From Octopus vulgaris (Eukaryota), in assembly GCA_951406725.2 (NCBI GenBank), contig OX597819.1, positions 121,520,001-121,584,000 on the forward strand: 64,000 nucleotides of DNA. Reading direction: 5' to 3'. The stretch's first letter is position 1, and every line of letters starts with the position of its first letter. Both the position numbers and the translations under genes were made by a program. Below are positions 60,213-64,000 of the stretch, piece by piece. Under the pieces are notes generated by a model. It saw only the letters and a program-made list of their open reading frames with translations. It had not been told where the DNA came from and did no database searches.

Positions 60213-60534
60213 CCGTAGATATCTTACACAAATTATATTACAGTATTAGCTGAAGGAGCATTACTCAAACATATTCCTCTAATATTACTGAAATAGTCTG
60301 AGATAAGCTGAATTCACAGATTTGTCTGTATTCTTACATATTTTAGTCTACATAATCATTCTAGGAATTGGTAAGCTTAGTCTCAGACTGAAACGAAGCA
60401 CTGTTGCCAAAGAAGTGCTTAAGATTAATAAGTATTTGTTTTTACATATTGATTTTCTTTATATTCCTTAATATTCTAATTTACTAACATATTTGTATAA
60501 GTGAGTTAGTGAATGTATATATGTATATATATAC

Positions 60535-60702
<168 letters not shown>

Positions 60703-60889
60703 TACACATGTGTTAATATCAAACAGTGAGAATGAATGCTCAGCACCATATTGCTGGATAAATATTGAAATATTGTTTATTTGGGGGCTAACAAGGTTAC
60801 TAAAAGATTTCTTTTGGCATGAAACTATTGGTGGCTTTCTTAACTCACAAATAAGGTATATATATGTATTTATGTATGTAGTTGAAATT

Positions 60890-61045
60890 TATAGAAAAAC
60901 AAATGACAAAGACAGGCATATGAAAAGCAAGCAGGTGTATTAGTTTGATGCTTGGGAAGATAAACGTGTCTTTTATGTTTCGAGTCTACACTCTTCAGCA
61001 GAAAGGAGTAAGAGAAAATAAACAGAGAGAGAATAACAAAACTTG
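60890..61045 (-). mobile_element. Family B element with a hammerhead-like fold at 60970-61005
   Basis: Minus: CTTT-CTGCTGA-A-GAGT-GTAG-ACTC-GAAA-CA-TA-AAAG; flanks match 31505-31675. Confidence 0.65.
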
Positions 61046-62218
61046 TGATAGATTAGATAGATAGATAGATAGATAGATAGATATGGGTGTCAGTGTGTGT
61101 GTATGTGTGTGTGCAGATTCAGGCTCCAGCTGAGTGACATTTCAAAGCTATAACAATGCAAAGAAGTGTACTGTGACCAGCAGTATATATAACAGATTGG
61201 TCAGTTCAATTTTACTGTCACATATTAAATACCACAGAATCTTCCCAAAATAGCCACCAATATTTAAGCATTGTCTAAGCGTAATTAGGTTACCCATGGA
61301 GAAAACAAAACCATACCAAGTAAACGATCCCCACAGATTATGAATCCACAACCACTTTCACATTACAAGGATGAAAGACAATCCAGAATAACAAGTCTAA
61401 AATATAAGGAGTTCATAGTCTAGGATAACATTTGCGAATTCCCATCATCAGCTGTCCAAACAGATCTCACTATGGTTTTGACACCTGAACAGGACCATTC
61501 AATCTGGTGGTGTCTGCAGTGTTAAAAATATAAATGCTGCCCCGAAATCCTCATACTGAAATGCCACAATGCTGTGGTCTAAAGGGATATATTTTAACTG
61601 TGATTCATTAAATGAGGGTATGTGGGAACCTGAGAGACTAAGGGGTCATGTGTAATGTGCACCTGTGTTTTAAACAGGTCTGTGACATATAGAAGAGATA
61701 TAATATGAGTAGGTGACACACACCCAGTGGAAGATTGGTGATAAAAGATGTTCAATGAGATTAGAGACTATGTGAAGAAATTTGGAGTGAAGCAATAATT
61801 AGTACCATCTGATGATAATTAATCATTAAATCTTTAGCACTAGAAACTGTGGGATTTATGATAATGAGCAGATGTTGTATTGCAGTCCTGTACAAGTCCA
61901 TCACAGTGTTTTTCTTTAGATAAAATATTTTCTTTCTGACAGATTTAACATAATGCAGGGCTTAACACCAAAGATTGGTTCTTGAGTGCTTTTAGCAGAG
62001 TTCATTCTGTTGCATGTATTCTTTCAGACCCAAACCCTGGTTTCTTCCCCCCACTGTGAACCCCACCTCTCTTTCGATCTATCTCTTTCCCTCTCTTTCT
62101 CTATTATCTTTTTTTGTCTGTTGACTTTAAACCACAGATGTTAAGACTGTGCACGATCTGCACTGACTTCACCTTTGCAGGAGGACTTGCAACAGCCAAG
62201 ACCACCTCTCCACCTTCC

Positions 62219-62605
62219 TTAGTCCTTTTGTTACCACATTTCCATTGAAAAACACCGTCTTTGTTTTTATTTAGTTTGAAAATTATGAAAAATTTAGCAA
62301 AAATAATTTTGTCATTAAAAAGCTGGAGTTTGAAACACAAATTAACCTGTGATGTTGAAGCAAGGTTTTAAATGAGATAACTTCAACCCTTTTGTTACCA
62401 TATCTCTGTTGAAGTGCATTGTCATCGTTTCATTTAATTGTTTTTCAAATTATGATGAATTGAGAAGAATAATCATGTCATTCAGCTGATGTTTGGCGCA
62501 TAAATGAACATGAAATTTTATTTGAAGAAGGTTTGAATTTTGATTATTTTAAAGCAATGAATTCATATCATAGAACCAGAGGTGGTCTCAAATGGGTTGG
62601 TATCG
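62219..62605 (+). mobile_element. Two tandem or nested copies of a piggyBac-like MITE
   Basis: CCTTTTGTTACCA begins both copies (about 62224 and 62388), with homologous AT-rich bodies; related fragment near 25750-25838. Confidence 0.55.
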
Positions 62606-62682
62606 TGGAATCAGATGAAAACTGAGTTACAGAAATTAAACAGATTCATTCTAAATGGACATACAAATTGTTACTCTTCAAC

Positions 62683-63095
62683 TCGTTGGGTGGATCGAGT
62701 TCCCACCACCAATCTCCGACTTCGCCTGTCTCCGCGGCCCATTCCATCTGTCCTTCTGCAACGGTGCTTGCAGTGGTTTGGCCATGCATGTAGGCGTCCG
62801 TTGGGTGAACTGAGCCGTGATGTCCTTCTCCCAACTCCACTTCCCAACTGGCGGAAACGCGCGAGGGGGGAGGGGGCAGCTGAAGACCTAGGTTACGATG
62901 ATCAAGGAGGACCTCTCCATGCTCATGGGACTGCAGGTGGTCGGCCTGCTCCGATGGAACCGTGACTGGCTCGCTATCTCCAGTGAACTGGCGAAGGACC
63001 GTCGTGTGTGGGCTGCCATGGTTCGAGATGCCTCGAGGGTGGTAGAAGAAGCCGACTCAACCCGCCCAGGGTGAATGTCGACACAAGTAAGTAAA
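62683..63095 (+). pseudogene. 5'-truncated RTE-clade LINE: C-terminal region of the RT ORF, disabled
   Basis: Translates RWVDRVPTTNLRLRL...QRCLQWFGHACRR...WRKRARG, a frameshift in a G run, then GQLKT*VTMIKEDL...RWNRDWLAISSELAKDRRVWAAMVRDA, typical RTE post-RT motifs; (AAGT)n tail; degenerate TSD GTTACTCTTCAAC / GTTATGCTTCAGC (10/13). Confidence 0.88.
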
Positions 63096-63624
63096 GTTAT
63101 GCTTCAGCAGACAAAATCCTACAGCCTTTTAACCCATATATACCCCGGTTGGCATTTTCGCAATGCAAAACCTGCCCCTACTTATTTGGACGTGAACTCA
63201 CCCAGAAGGATCTGACTGAGCATATGAAATGTTCAGTAGATAGTCGACACCCATAGCTAACAGTTGCATACTGTCCTTATTTTCCACATTGTGAAATCTT
63301 ACCATAATGTTTAATCTAAATACAGTGAAATTTTAAGACATTTTTATGGGCATATACAGGTTTTAATCCTGCATGGATTCTCAGATATGCAGGAAAAGTC
63401 AATGGTTTCTTAGAATCACTCACCATGATCGTTGTAAGCTGTTCATCAGCTATCTATCTGAAGTTATATATTATCTATGGAACCCCCAAATTTTCTCCTG
63501 AATATCAATCTACTAGAAGCTGTCCTGGAATGTGCAATCAGATAAATATCCTCTGTTGGTTACCTACCATATCTTGAAGATCTTACTTCTCTGTGCACTG
63601 ACACTCTTAAAGTTTTGACATTAA

Positions 63625-63845
63625 CCCTTTAGTGTTCAGATTAGTCTCTACAAATGTAATGTTTATTTATTCACACTGCTTTGAATTTATCATGAATTAT
63701 ATCATAACTTCAAAAATTCAATGATGTGAGTGTTTATTTTTAGAATGACACTGTACAGTTGGTGTGAAAAGCCAGATCTATCTAGTTTGAAGGAAAAACT
63801 GATACAATATTTGGGCCGGATATGGCCGGTTTAAATGCTAAAGTG
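63625..63845 (+). mobile_element. piggyBac-type MITE
   Basis: TTAA|CCCTTTAGTGTT ... AATGCTAAAGTG|TTAA: TTAA TSD and degenerate TIRs. Confidence 0.8.
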
Positions 63846-64000
63846 TTAAGCAGCTGAATTGAAGCCTACGGGATTATCCACCATCTTTTCTTACAAAATC
63901 TCTGGCCATCTCATGGACACACTTATAAAATCAAAACACAGCACAACACCCATAACTTGTAGAAACAATTTTTAGCACTCTCAACTGTTGAAGCATGGGA

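Noticed and set aside
62582-62965. 127-aa ORF as a host gene
   Set aside because: A chimera of MITE/flanking sequence and a frameshifted RTE LINE fragment

Overview
Eukaryotic, AT-rich, repeat-saturated DNA, most likely intronic or intergenic sequence from an octopus (coleoid cephalopod) genome; this is inferred from the SINE families and microsatellite load. Roughly half the window is simple repeat ((TA)n, (CA)n, (TACA)n, (ATT)n, (CAT)n, (CTT)n, (GATA)n), which generates nearly all the supplied ORFs. I see no confident host protein-coding exon. The rest is four SINE-type families, DNA-transposon relics (mariner, hAT, piggyBac, Helitron, Helentron), a 5'-truncated RTE LINE and several minisatellites. 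The most interesting signals: (1) at least six minimal type-I hammerhead-ribozyme folds in short Penelope-like non-autonomous elements from several families, with apparent stem-II covariation, a family-wide A6-to-pyrimidine core variant and a U3-A8 core swap; (2) a 94-bp-arm foldback whose mismatches are strongly biased to G.U pairs on one strand; (3) a CpG-rich unique island at about 3.0-3.5 kb with nine GATAA cores plus ETS and TAATCC sites, a candidate enhancer; (4) a CpG-retention boundary near 8 kb, suggesting a methylation domain edge. All coordinates and counts were made by hand and family names come from motif recognition, not database searches.
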